The translations under genes and the position numbers were made by a program. This document shows positions 39,166 to 46,892 of a DNA stretch of 64,000 bases, piece after piece. The notes under the pieces were generated by a model. That model was not told the origin of the DNA, made no database searches, and saw nothing but the letters and a program-made list of their open reading frames with translations. Source of the DNA: Deferribacterales bacterium (lineage in GTDB: Bacteria; Chrysiogenota; Deferribacteres; Deferribacterales; Geovibrionaceae); assembly GCA_050253075.1 (NCBI GenBank), contig JBFWJS010000001.1, positions 544,001 to 608,000 on the forward strand. Reading direction: 5' to 3'. Each line of letters begins with the position of its first letter. The stretch's first letter is position 1.

Positions 39166-42090
39166 ATGACCCAAATAGATATGGAACAATTCAGACTAGG
39201 GTTTTTAGAGGAAGCTACGGATCTCCTTGAGGAGGCCAATGAGAATATCCTCCGTGCCGAGTCGGAAGGCGACCTTGAGCTTTTTAACGCTGTTTTCAGA
39301 GGGATCCACACCATCAAAGGGAGTGCGGGCGGATTCGGCTTTGACGAGATGTCAGACTTTGCCCATCATCTGGAAACACTGCTGGACAAACTGCGCAATG
39401 GCGAGCTTACCATAGACGGCGACATCACAGACCTCCTGCTGAAAGGTATCGACACACTTTTCGAGATGGTGGACTACGTCAAAGATAAGAAAACATACGA
39501 CAAAGACCTCACAGAGCTAATAGCTCTTTATGAAAATAGAGCAGTAGAAGATGCCGAGGCCGCATCATCCGAAGAAGAAGGAGCCGAAGAAGCCCCCGCA
39601 GCAGACAGCAGGCTGAGGGTTTCCCCTGAGCTGACAGAAAAGCTGAAAAGCAGTCACCCGGGGTTCGGCAAGCCTTATAAGGTGGATGTAAAATTCACCG
39701 ATGAAATGCTCGAAAACGGTTACGACCCGCTCACCCTCTTTGCAAACCTGAGAGAGATATCAGACGTATTCATAGCCGAGACAGACATCTCCGCCATTCC
39801 TGCGTCTGAGTCCATCGAGCCGTATAAGCTGTATCTGCGCCCTGAAATATATATAATCAGCGACGCCACACATGCAGAGATAAACGACCTCGCATTCGAC
39901 GACGACATCATGACCGTCACCGAGATAAACTTAGACGCTGCCCCTGAAGAGGCTCCGAAAGCTGCTGCAAAAGCAGAGGAAAAACCTGTGCAAAGTGCAC
40001 CCGCACAGGCTCAGGAAGAGATAGACCTCACAGGGCTGGACACAGAGATGCTGTCCGAGCTGGCGACAGGCATCGAGGACTACTTCGAATCTATCGAAAA
40101 TTACCTTATAGAAATAGAAAAGACTGGCTCAGGCTCCCGTGATGCAGTGGATAACATCTTCAGAGTGTTCCACAATATCAAAGGGGACTGTGGATATGTG
40201 GGCTTTTCCTTTATGGAGAAATATGCTCACCTCGTTGAAAATATGCTGGATAAGGTGCGTGACGGCGTTGTCCAGTTTGATAATAAGGCGGCTGAGTTCA
40301 TTCTCAATGTTATCTCAGACGTGAAGTCACTGGTGGCGGCCATCCTGAACGGTGAGAAACCTCACCTGCCGAAGACATATAAAATGCTCACAGACCTCTC
40401 GGGCACAATGGTAGAGCACACAGAAGCTGTCCATGTGGTATCTGAGGATGTGAAGATATTCCTCGGACAGGTCGACCAGTTCATCGAGATGATAGAAATG
40501 GCGGAGAACTCACCCACGGGCAGACAGATACTGAAACGTGCTGCTGCCGGGCTGCGTAATGCTGCGAAGTTCATCGGATTTAAGGATCTTACAGACCTCG
40601 CCGTTGCATTTGAGGAAAAGGCCGTAAAGGGCGAAGACCACGGCGAAGTTCTTGCCAGTATCTCAAACTATATCTCTCAGCTGAAATCACCTCCGAAGAA
40701 GCTCGGCGAGCTCCTTGTGGAATCAGGCAAAGTGACCCCCGAAGAGATAGCCCATGCGAAATCTCAGCAGAAGAGAATCGGTGAGATACTCGTAGACCAG
40801 GGTAAGCTGAACAAGGACGACCTCGACGTAGTGCTGAAAAAGCAGAACATCATGAAAGCGGCGGAGAAATCACGCCCGCAGGATGACGACGAGCCTAGAG
40901 ACACAGCAGTATCAAAAGAGAAAATATCCCAGTCCATGAAAGTGGATCAGGAGAAGATAGATAAATTTACCAATACTATAGGCGAGCTCACAGTGGCCAA
41001 GAATGCCTATGAGTATATGGTGCAGAAGCTGATAAAGGATTATGACCTCCCGACCAGCCTCATAAAGGATATCAAGGACAACTCAAACCTGATATCAAGG
41101 ATATCTCAGGATTTGCAGAGGGATATACTTGCCCTTCGCATGGTTTCCATCAAGCAGGTTTTCAACAAATTCCCCCGTGTGGTCAGAGATATATCACGCA
41201 AACAGAATAAAGAGATCGACCTCCGCATCATCGGAGAAGACACAGAGATAGATAAAAAGATCGCAGATATACTCTCCGACCCGCTTGTGCATCTGGTGAG
41301 GAACGCATGTGACCACGGACTCGAGCCTGCATCCGAGAGGGAGACAGCGGGCAAGTACGGCACAGGCAGTCTCATACTTAAGGCATATAACGAAGGCAGC
41401 TTTGTTTATATCGAGGTTATCGACGACGGACGTGGCATAAACAGCGAGAAAGTATATAAGAAAGCGCTGAGCAAAGGAATGATTCCGGAGGATGCAAATC
41501 TTTCTGAAAAAGAGATAATCCAGTTCATTCTTGCTCCCGGCTTTTCCACTGCGGATAAAGTTACGGACATATCAGGCAGAGGCGTCGGCATGGATGTGGT
41601 GAAAAGCTCCATCATAAGTGTCGGCGGTACGATAGACGTTTCGTCCTCTCAGGGCGAGGGTACAAGGGTGACCATGAAGATACCCGTGACCATAGGCATG
41701 TCTACATCCCTGCTGGTGAATATGGGCGGAACCGATTTCTATGCATTCCCTATAGAGAATGTGGCAGAGACCATAATAGTAGACAAAGCCGAGGTGAAAG
41801 ACCTTCATTTCGGCAAAGGTATATATTACAGAGGCAATGTCCTCCCGCTTTTCCAACTGTCTAAGCTGTTGGGAGGAGAGGATAAAGAGCTGGATGATGA
41901 AGTAAGTATAGTAATTTCCGTTACAGATGCAGGCAAAACGGGTATCATTGTAGATGAACTGCTGAACAGGATGGATATCGCTATCAAGCCTGTGCCTGAG
42001 TATTTCGCACATCTGAACTACATCGGCGGTGTTACGATACTCGGCGACGGTCAGGCGGTTCTGGTGCTTAATGTGAATAAGTTATTTTAA
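39166..42090 (+). CDS. cheA: Chemotaxis histidine kinase with two HPt domains and MshEN-like motif
   Basis: FRGIHTIKG, FRVFHNIKG, HLVRNACDHG, SGRGVGMDVV, C-terminal CheW domain. Confidence 0.95.
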   Translation: MTQIDMEQFRLGFLEEATDLLEEANENILRAESEGDLELFNAVFRGIHTIKGSAGGFGFDEMSDFAHHLETLLDKLRNGELTIDGDITDLLLKGIDTLFEMVDYVKDKKTYDKDLTELIALYENRAVEDAEAASSEEEGAEEAPAADSRLRVSPELTEKLKSSHPGFGKPYKVDVKFTDEMLENGYDPLTLFANLREISDVFIAETDISAIPASESIEPYKLYLRPEIYIISDATHAEINDLAFDDDIMTVTEINLDAAPEEAPKAAAKAEEKPVQSAPAQAQEEIDLTGLDTEMLSELATGIEDYFESIENYLIEIEKTGSGSRDAVDNIFRVFHNIKGDCGYVGFSFMEKYAHLVENMLDKVRDGVVQFDNKAAEFILNVISDVKSLVAAILNGEKPHLPKTYKMLTDLSGTMVEHTEAVHVVSEDVKIFLGQVDQFIEMIEMAENSPTGRQILKRAAAGLRNAAKFIGFKDLTDLAVAFEEKAVKGEDHGEVLASISNYISQLKSPPKKLGELLVESGKVTPEEIAHAKSQQKRIGEILVDQGKLNKDDLDVVLKKQNIMKAAEKSRPQDDDEPRDTAVSKEKISQSMKVDQEKIDKFTNTIGELTVAKNAYEYMVQKLIKDYDLPTSLIKDIKDNSNLISRISQDLQRDILALRMVSIKQVFNKFPRVVRDISRKQNKEIDLRIIGEDTEIDKKIADILSDPLVHLVRNACDHGLEPASERETAGKYGTGSLILKAYNEGSFVYIEVIDDGRGINSEKVYKKALSKGMIPEDANLSEKEIIQFILAPGFSTADKVTDISGRGVGMDVVKSSIISVGGTIDVSSSQGEGTRVTMKIPVTIGMSTSLLVNMGGTDFYAFPIENVAETIIVDKAEVKDLHFGKGIYYRGNVLPLFQLSKLLGGEDKELDDEVSIVISVTDAGKTGIIVDELLNRMDIAIKPVPEYFAHLNYIGGVTILGDGQAVLVLNVNKLF

Positions 42091-42105
42091 CGGAGCGGGT
42101 GTGGT

Positions 42106-42128
42106 ATGAACGTATTTGTTATAGACGA
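42106..42128 (+). pseudogene. 5' stub of a response-regulator gene interrupted by the prophage
   Basis: GGAG RBS then MNVFVIDD (receiver beta1 + acidic pair); reading becomes unrelated and stops at 42186. Confidence 0.65.
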
Positions 42129-42175
42129 TGTCGAAGAGTACCATAATAAGAAGAGAAAACGTACTATAAACTTTT

Positions 42176-42215
42176 ACGGGATATGACGGGATAATGTGGG
42201 ATAAGATGGGATTTC
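42176..42215. repeat. Four GGGAT motifs at exact 10-bp spacing near the prophage end
   Basis: TACGGGATAT GACGGGATAA TGTGGGATAA GATGGGATTT. Confidence 0.75.
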
Positions 42216-42255
42216 CAAACATATTGAAAGAATAAGAAGGAACTATTTAAATCTC

Positions 42256-42612
42256 TTATTCGAGTTCGTCCTTCAGTGACAACGCATAGGAACTTCTATT
42301 GATGATAGCACGGATATGACTCTCTGAAAGACCAAACTCCTTAGCCAGATCTCTTTGATTAGAACCCGTAAACTTTTTCATGATCTGCCTATCTCTCTCT
42401 GGTCTAAACATCTGCTTTGTAGAATGAATGTAAATGTTCATGCCGCCAGTCTGAGAACCGACAACGAGTACAGAACGGACTGCGATCCTTTCGGCTGAAG
42501 ACTCGGAAATGCCTTCTTTGCAGGCGGCCGAAAAAATCGCCTCCGCAACTATTCTGGAATCTCCGGAGAGATCGTCAAGTTTTACTATCTGATCTTCAGG
42601 CTGCCACTTCAT
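42256..42612 (-). CDS. Mor/C family transcription activator
   Basis: GGMNIYI, RDRQIMKKFTGSNQRDLAKEFGLSESHIRAII. Confidence 0.88.
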   Translation of the reverse strand: MKWQPEDQIVKLDDLSGDSRIVAEAIFSAACKEGISESSAERIAVRSVLVVGSQTGGMNIYIHSTKQMFRPERDRQIMKKFTGSNQRDLAKEFGLSESHIRAIINRSSYALSLKDELE

Positions 42613-43385
42613 CAGTCTGACTCTCTCTGTAATTTGGCCGCAGTTTGGGCAACCTTTGCAAGCAGTACTGCAGAATGTGTTAAGCTGCCGTCAGGAGCAA
42701 TCAGCTTGTTGTGATTGAGATAAGCAAGCTCAGCTCGTGATACAAGTATCAGATTTTCAAGAGTGATGTTCTGTTTGTCTCCATCAGCAAATATGATTGC
42801 ATGGCCTTCGGGTATTTCGCCGTGCGCATTTTCCCATATCATACGGTGCTTATATTTCCATACATTAGGTTCGCTGATTTTAACTTTAAGATAGCCGTCT
42901 CTGTCAGTAATTTCTGTGCCGACCTCGACAGCATTTTTAGGACGGTTCCCTTTTTTGAATGATGTGCGATTAGCACCCATAAAACCTTTCTTGCCTTTAT
43001 CCCAGGGGATGTGTCCTTTTTTAAAACGAGTGTTACGGCCATTACATAGATGATTCACTGAACATATCCGTTTGATAGAGTCACGGCCGTGATCAGTCTT
43101 GAAGTGCTCATTAAACAATAATGTTAGTTCAGCAATACTACGACCAGTGATATTCTCTTTAAGGAAGTCTATATGCACAGCAAAAAACTTTTGATTAGGT
43201 GACTGCCCTCTGCGGTGTCCACGAGGGCAGTCATTTGTGAGTTCATGCCTTTTGCATGTACTCCTAATCTGGTCTACAGACAAGGCAAGCCCAAACTCAG
43301 AGTTAAATAACTCTGTCAGATCCTTATAGCTTATACCTTTGATATTCTGCTTTAAGAATGTAATATGAAAATTCATATACCTCAT
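42612..43385 (-). CDS. HNH endonuclease family protein
   Basis: KHRMIWE...FADGDKQNITLENL HNH_3-like motif; FKKG repeats; duplicated N-terminal helical unit. Confidence 0.82.
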   Translation of the reverse strand: MRYMNFHITFLKQNIKGISYKDLTELFNSEFGLALSVDQIRSTCKRHELTNDCPRGHRRGQSPNQKFFAVHIDFLKENITGRSIAELTLLFNEHFKTDHGRDSIKRICSVNHLCNGRNTRFKKGHIPWDKGKKGFMGANRTSFKKGNRPKNAVEVGTEITDRDGYLKVKISEPNVWKYKHRMIWENAHGEIPEGHAIIFADGDKQNITLENLILVSRAELAYLNHNKLIAPDGSLTHSAVLLAKVAQTAAKLQRESD

Positions 43386-43386
43386 C

Positions 43387-43641
43387 TTAATCTTGAGCCT
43401 CTATTGCAGTTTTACTGTTAAAGACATCGGGCATATCACCATATACTTCTCCTTTCTGAGCAGCTATGTGAGCTTTCAGCACTAAAGCATTATTTGCAAT
43501 AATTTGCTTTGATACGTCTGTAATAGCCTTTGCTCTGATAATCTCTGTTTTCAATTCATCTCCCGTGGTTTCTTCATCAGAGAGTCTTTCTAACTGTGCA
43601 AACAAGTGGTTTGTTAGGTCGATACTTTTGTTCTTTGGCAT
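43387..43641 (-). CDS. Conserved phage hypothetical protein
   Basis: AAGGAG RBS; LTNHLFAQLERLSDE...EIIRAKAI motif typical of small genes preceding such HNH genes. Confidence 0.75.
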   Translation of the reverse strand: MPKNKSIDLTNHLFAQLERLSDEETTGDELKTEIIRAKAITDVSKQIIANNALVLKAHIAAQKGEVYGDMPDVFNSKTAIEAQD

Positions 43642-43657
43642 TGTTGTCTCCTTATAT

Positions 43658-43720
43658 TGGTCTGCCTCATCAGTGCGGAGAGACCATTCTCCACAGACGC
43701 TCCATGCGGAGCGTTTCGGC
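43658..43720 (-). ncRNA. Hammerhead ribozyme, type II, with pseudoknot
   Basis: Minus strand GCC-GAAA-CGCUCC-GCAU-GGAGCG-UC-UGUGGAGA-AUGGUC-UCUCCGCA-CUGAUGA-GGC-AGACCA: all core nucleotides and stems I-III present. Confidence 0.9.
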
Positions 43721-43992
43721 TATGATTCGGTTGATTTTAATAGTGTGTCTTTTACAGAGTTGAATATGAACTCAGCAGCCTCCTCTGCTGCTTCTTGTGT
43801 AAATTCATCAAAGCATCTGCATAGCTCTTCTATGCCTTCATCAGAGTCGTTATAGTTAAAGCTAAAGCTAGCTCCTCCTAAACCTTCAGGCCTAACTTTA
43901 ACACTGATACTAGGTTCATCTTCATGATCCTCTTTCAGTACAAGGATCTGTCCATATTTCTCTGTCTCATATAGTTTTGCGAACTTGTCCAT
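43720..43992 (-). CDS. Phage hypothetical protein
   Basis: AAGGAG RBS, 90 aa, in early operon. Confidence 0.7.
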   Translation of the reverse strand: MDKFAKLYETEKYGQILVLKEDHEDEPSISVKVRPEGLGGASFSFNYNDSDEGIEELCRCFDEFTQEAAEEAAEFIFNSVKDTLLKSTES

Positions 43993-44002
43993 TCTCTACT
44001 CC

Positions 44003-44215
44003 TTATTTGATGAGTTCTTTTGTTTGTTTGATTACTGCTTCTTTCTCTTCATCTGTCAGTTTGTGGTTATTAACGACTGTTTCGATGATGAGACGATATT
44101 CTTTAATGACTTCTATTTTGCGTTTATCACTTAAGTTCAAGCTGTATAAACAAGAGCCCAAGGCTAAAAGCAGAAATACGAAAACGCCTACAATAACTAA
44201 AGTGGCTTCATTCAT
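44003..44215 (-). CDS. Small membrane hypothetical protein
   Basis: N-terminal TM helix, AAGGAG RBS, overlaps upstream gene end. Confidence 0.65.
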   Translation of the reverse strand: MNEATLVIVGVFVFLLLALGSCLYSLNLSDKRKIEVIKEYRLIIETVVNNHKLTDEEKEAVIKQTKELIK

Positions 44216-44741
44216 TGTCTACTCCTTTGTTCATGTTTGCTTTTTTCCAGTCTTTGAAAGACATGCCAGGGTTTTCACGTTTACAGTCCAGATATGGCTG
44301 CACATAATCTGAGATGTCTGATGTGGAGATCCCTGTCATTTGTTTCAGTTTTTCTATTACTTTCTGAGCGTCCCAGTCGAAGAATAACTGATTGTCTGTA
44401 AAGTCTATGAGTCCTTTATCGTGCTGTTTCTGCAGCCAGAGTTCGAAGCCGTTTTCGTATTTCCAGGGATACTGGTCTGCCAGAAACTGAATAAGACGGA
44501 GCTGGCTTTCTGAGATGCCGCCGCCTTGCTGTTTCTTCGGTCTATTCTTTGGTCTGCGCTTCATCTTGAAGCCTTTCTTTTTCAGCTCGTCTATGAGCTG
44601 AGTCGCCTGGAAGTATGTCAGTTCCTTTGAACTCTTCACTTTAAATCTGGCGAGCATGTCTCTGTATGTGTCCTCATCCATGCCGAGCTTCGTCTTTGCA
44701 ACGTGTATCAGCGTTATCTGCTTTGCTTCTATCATCCTCAT
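44208..44741 (-). CDS. GemA / Mu gp16 family protein (DUF1018)
   Basis: LIHVAKTKLGMDEDTYRDML...SSKELT; start moved to ATG 44741 behind GAGGT. Confidence 0.85.
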   Translation of the reverse strand: MRMIEAKQITLIHVAKTKLGMDEDTYRDMLARFKVKSSKELTYFQATQLIDELKKKGFKMKRRPKNRPKKQQGGGISESQLRLIQFLADQYPWKYENGFELWLQKQHDKGLIDFTDNQLFFDWDAQKVIEKLKQMTGISTSDISDYVQPYLDCKRENPGMSFKDWKKANMNKGVDNE

Positions 44742-44866
44742 GTGTACCTCTTTAAGCCCCTGCGCCCACAAAGGGGCACAGGGTTTGTTAAGGGGGGGAA
44801 ATGGCTGGGGGAAGTAAACCCCACTGGAGGCTCGACAAGCAAGCCGCCAGCGGGACACACATCCCG

Positions 44867-45484
44867 CTATTTGTCTTTAATATCTAGCTTCGCTATGTCC
44901 AGGCTGATAGCTTTCCATTCGCTTTCTGGTGTATCCCTCTCGTAGAATCTGATATAGTTCTTGCTGCCTGTTACAACGATGGAATCGCTGATGATATCCA
45001 TAGCCTTTTTCCACTCTGCCTCTTCTATCGCTAGGCGGCGGAGACCGAGAAGGCGGGACACGGATATTTTGCCTTCTTTGTCCACCTCAAAAGCATCCAT
45101 GACAACTACCTTCAGGTTTACGTTTGCTCCATCGCTCCATTCCTGAATCAGGTCGTCAATGATCGCTTTTGCAGCCTTCAGGCTTTCGTCAAATGTTATG
45201 TGTTCGCTAACCTGGATATTTACCTTCATACAGCCACAGTAGCTAAGTAGGCTGATATTGCCTTTCTTCCCTCCCAGCTCCACGCCGTGTTCGGCGGCGA
45301 TGAGATCAACGAAGTCGTTGACCTGATTTGTCGCCTCTGTCTTAAAATGCTGTAAGCCTGCCTGCTCGCACTTTGCATCTGCTATGAGCTTTTTCACAAG
45401 CTCGTCACGGAGCAGATCAGCAGGCTTTACCTTATCCGTTGGAACCATATGACCCTGTGCATTTGTTAAGAATCCGTCCATCAT
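44867..45484 (-). CDS. DUF3164 family phage protein
   Basis: NAQGHMVP...DLLRDELV, GGKKGNISLLSY, WKKAMDII...SKNYIRFYER. Confidence 0.85.
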   Translation of the reverse strand: MMDGFLTNAQGHMVPTDKVKPADLLRDELVKKLIADAKCEQAGLQHFKTEATNQVNDFVDLIAAEHGVELGGKKGNISLLSYCGCMKVNIQVSEHITFDESLKAAKAIIDDLIQEWSDGANVNLKVVVMDAFEVDKEGKISVSRLLGLRRLAIEEAEWKKAMDIISDSIVVTGSKNYIRFYERDTPESEWKAISLDIAKLDIKDK

Positions 45485-45693
45485 TCACCTCTGATGTTTT
45501 TATAGTATGTCCCAAGAGACTCTGCTCCCTGAGACCTGAACTCTTCCATAAGATCAAACACATCTATGCTGTCCACTAGCTGACTTGTTGCTTCTGTAAA
45601 ATCCATATAATCTTTTGCACTAAGTGCCAGTGTTCGCAGCTCTTCTTTTTGCTCTCTGATCTTCTTTTGCCTTTGTGTCGCTAGCCCTTCCAT
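45481..45693 (-). CDS. Phage hypothetical protein
   Basis: 70 aa, ATGA-coupled to downstream gene. Confidence 0.6.
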   Translation of the reverse strand: MEGLATQRQKKIREQKEELRTLALSAKDYMDFTEATSQLVDSIDVFDLMEEFRSQGAESLGTYYKNIRGE

Positions 45694-45701
45694 TTCTTCA
45701 C

Positions 45702-46892
45702 CTATGCCTTGAAGATAACGTCTGCGGTTACAAGCTCTTCGCCTATATTCGCTGCGAAGTTCATAGCCTTTGCCACAAGGTTATTAATAGTTAGAGGGTA
45801 TGTGTGATACTCAACGTCACCGAGCTTACCTCTTGATTTCAGCTTTCTATAGATAGCTTCATAGGCATCTTTGGCAAAGATAGTGGAGATGTTCTTACAG
45901 CCTACTCTGTTGAACTTGTGGATAAGATACTTCTCCACTTCTTCCTGTGTCATGCCTGTGATCTGAGCTTTATCCATACGGCGTGTAAGCTCTCTGAGGT
46001 CGTGTCGTTTATCTGATAGAGTGGTCTCCAGCTCTGGCTGCCCAAAGAAGACAACACCGCAAAGAGACTGAAAACCGTTCTTTAGCTCTGCGATCCTCTT
46101 CACAGACTTGAGAGCTTTGATGTTTAGCAGTTCTGCATCTTCGATGAATAAGACTTGCTGATATCCGGTTTCGCACCTGTTAGTAAGCAGCTGGATAGCC
46201 TGTCTGGATTTCTGCTCTCTTCGGATCTTCGGCTTTTCCTCCGGAGCTATGTCCATGATGATAGCATCCAGAAGAGACTCCGGTGTGATGCTGGACTTGT
46301 CCAGTATCTGAGGGAAGATCACCTTTATACCTTCGTCCTCCAGCTGCTCTGCTGCTGCCATGCGGATAGCGGATTTACCACAGCCGACTTCGCCATAGAC
46401 AGCGAACATGCCTTTATGATGTGCGGTTGAAAGGATCATCTCTTTTACGAATAGGTGATCCTCTGAATAGTAGATATCATCGACACTGTTTATGTCGCCT
46501 ACGAATGGATTTTTAAACAGCTTGAAATACTTCATTGTTCTCATGTTTATCATCTCTGCCTCCTCTGGCTCTGCTTCAAACTCTGCTGCTTTTTTCAGCT
46601 GAAATGGTTTCTTCCTCTCTTGTCCTGCTATGCGTCCTCTGCCGATCTTTCCGCTTTCCTCGTCATCCAGCCAGAGGTCTGCCATCGTGTACTCGTTTGT
46701 ATCCATCCACTCTGTGAGCTTTGGGTATACTTCAAAAGCCTTTGCTATTTTTTCGTCAAACTGCTCTCTCTTCGCAGGGAAGACTCCCTTCACAGCGAGA
46801 GATAAGGCCGCTGGGCTGAAGCCTGCTGTCTTTGATAACTGTGCCTGGCTGATACCGTTCTCACGAAGACATCGTTTCAGTAGTGCCTGCAT
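45702..46892 (-). CDS. Transposition AAA+ ATPase (MuB analogue, ExeA-like) with N-terminal HTH
   Basis: GEVGCGKS Walker A, LFIEDAE Walker B, FFGQPEL. Confidence 0.88.
   Translation of the reverse strand: MQALLKRCLRENGISQAQLSKTAGFSPAALSLAVKGVFPAKREQFDEKIAKAFEVYPKLTEWMDTNEYTMADLWLDDEESGKIGRGRIAGQERKKPFQLKKAAEFEAEPEEAEMINMRTMKYFKLFKNPFVGDINSVDDIYYSEDHLFVKEMILSTAHHKGMFAVYGEVGCGKSAIRMAAAEQLEDEGIKVIFPQILDKSSITPESLLDAIIMDIAPEEKPKIRREQKSRQAIQLLTNRCETGYQQVLFIEDAELLNIKALKSVKRIAELKNGFQSLCGVVFFGQPELETTLSDKRHDLRELTRRMDKAQITGMTQEEVEKYLIHKFNRVGCKNISTIFAKDAYEAIYRKLKSRGKLGDVEYHTYPLTINNLVAKAMNFAANIGEELVTADVIFKA

Noticed and set aside
42106..42186. Intact 26-aa peptide gene
   Set aside because: Better explained as a host gene stub reading into the prophage end
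44742..44858. N-terminal extension of gemA, or a tRNA
   Set aside because: RBS supports ATG 44741; no T-loop/D-loop consensus or proper cloverleaf
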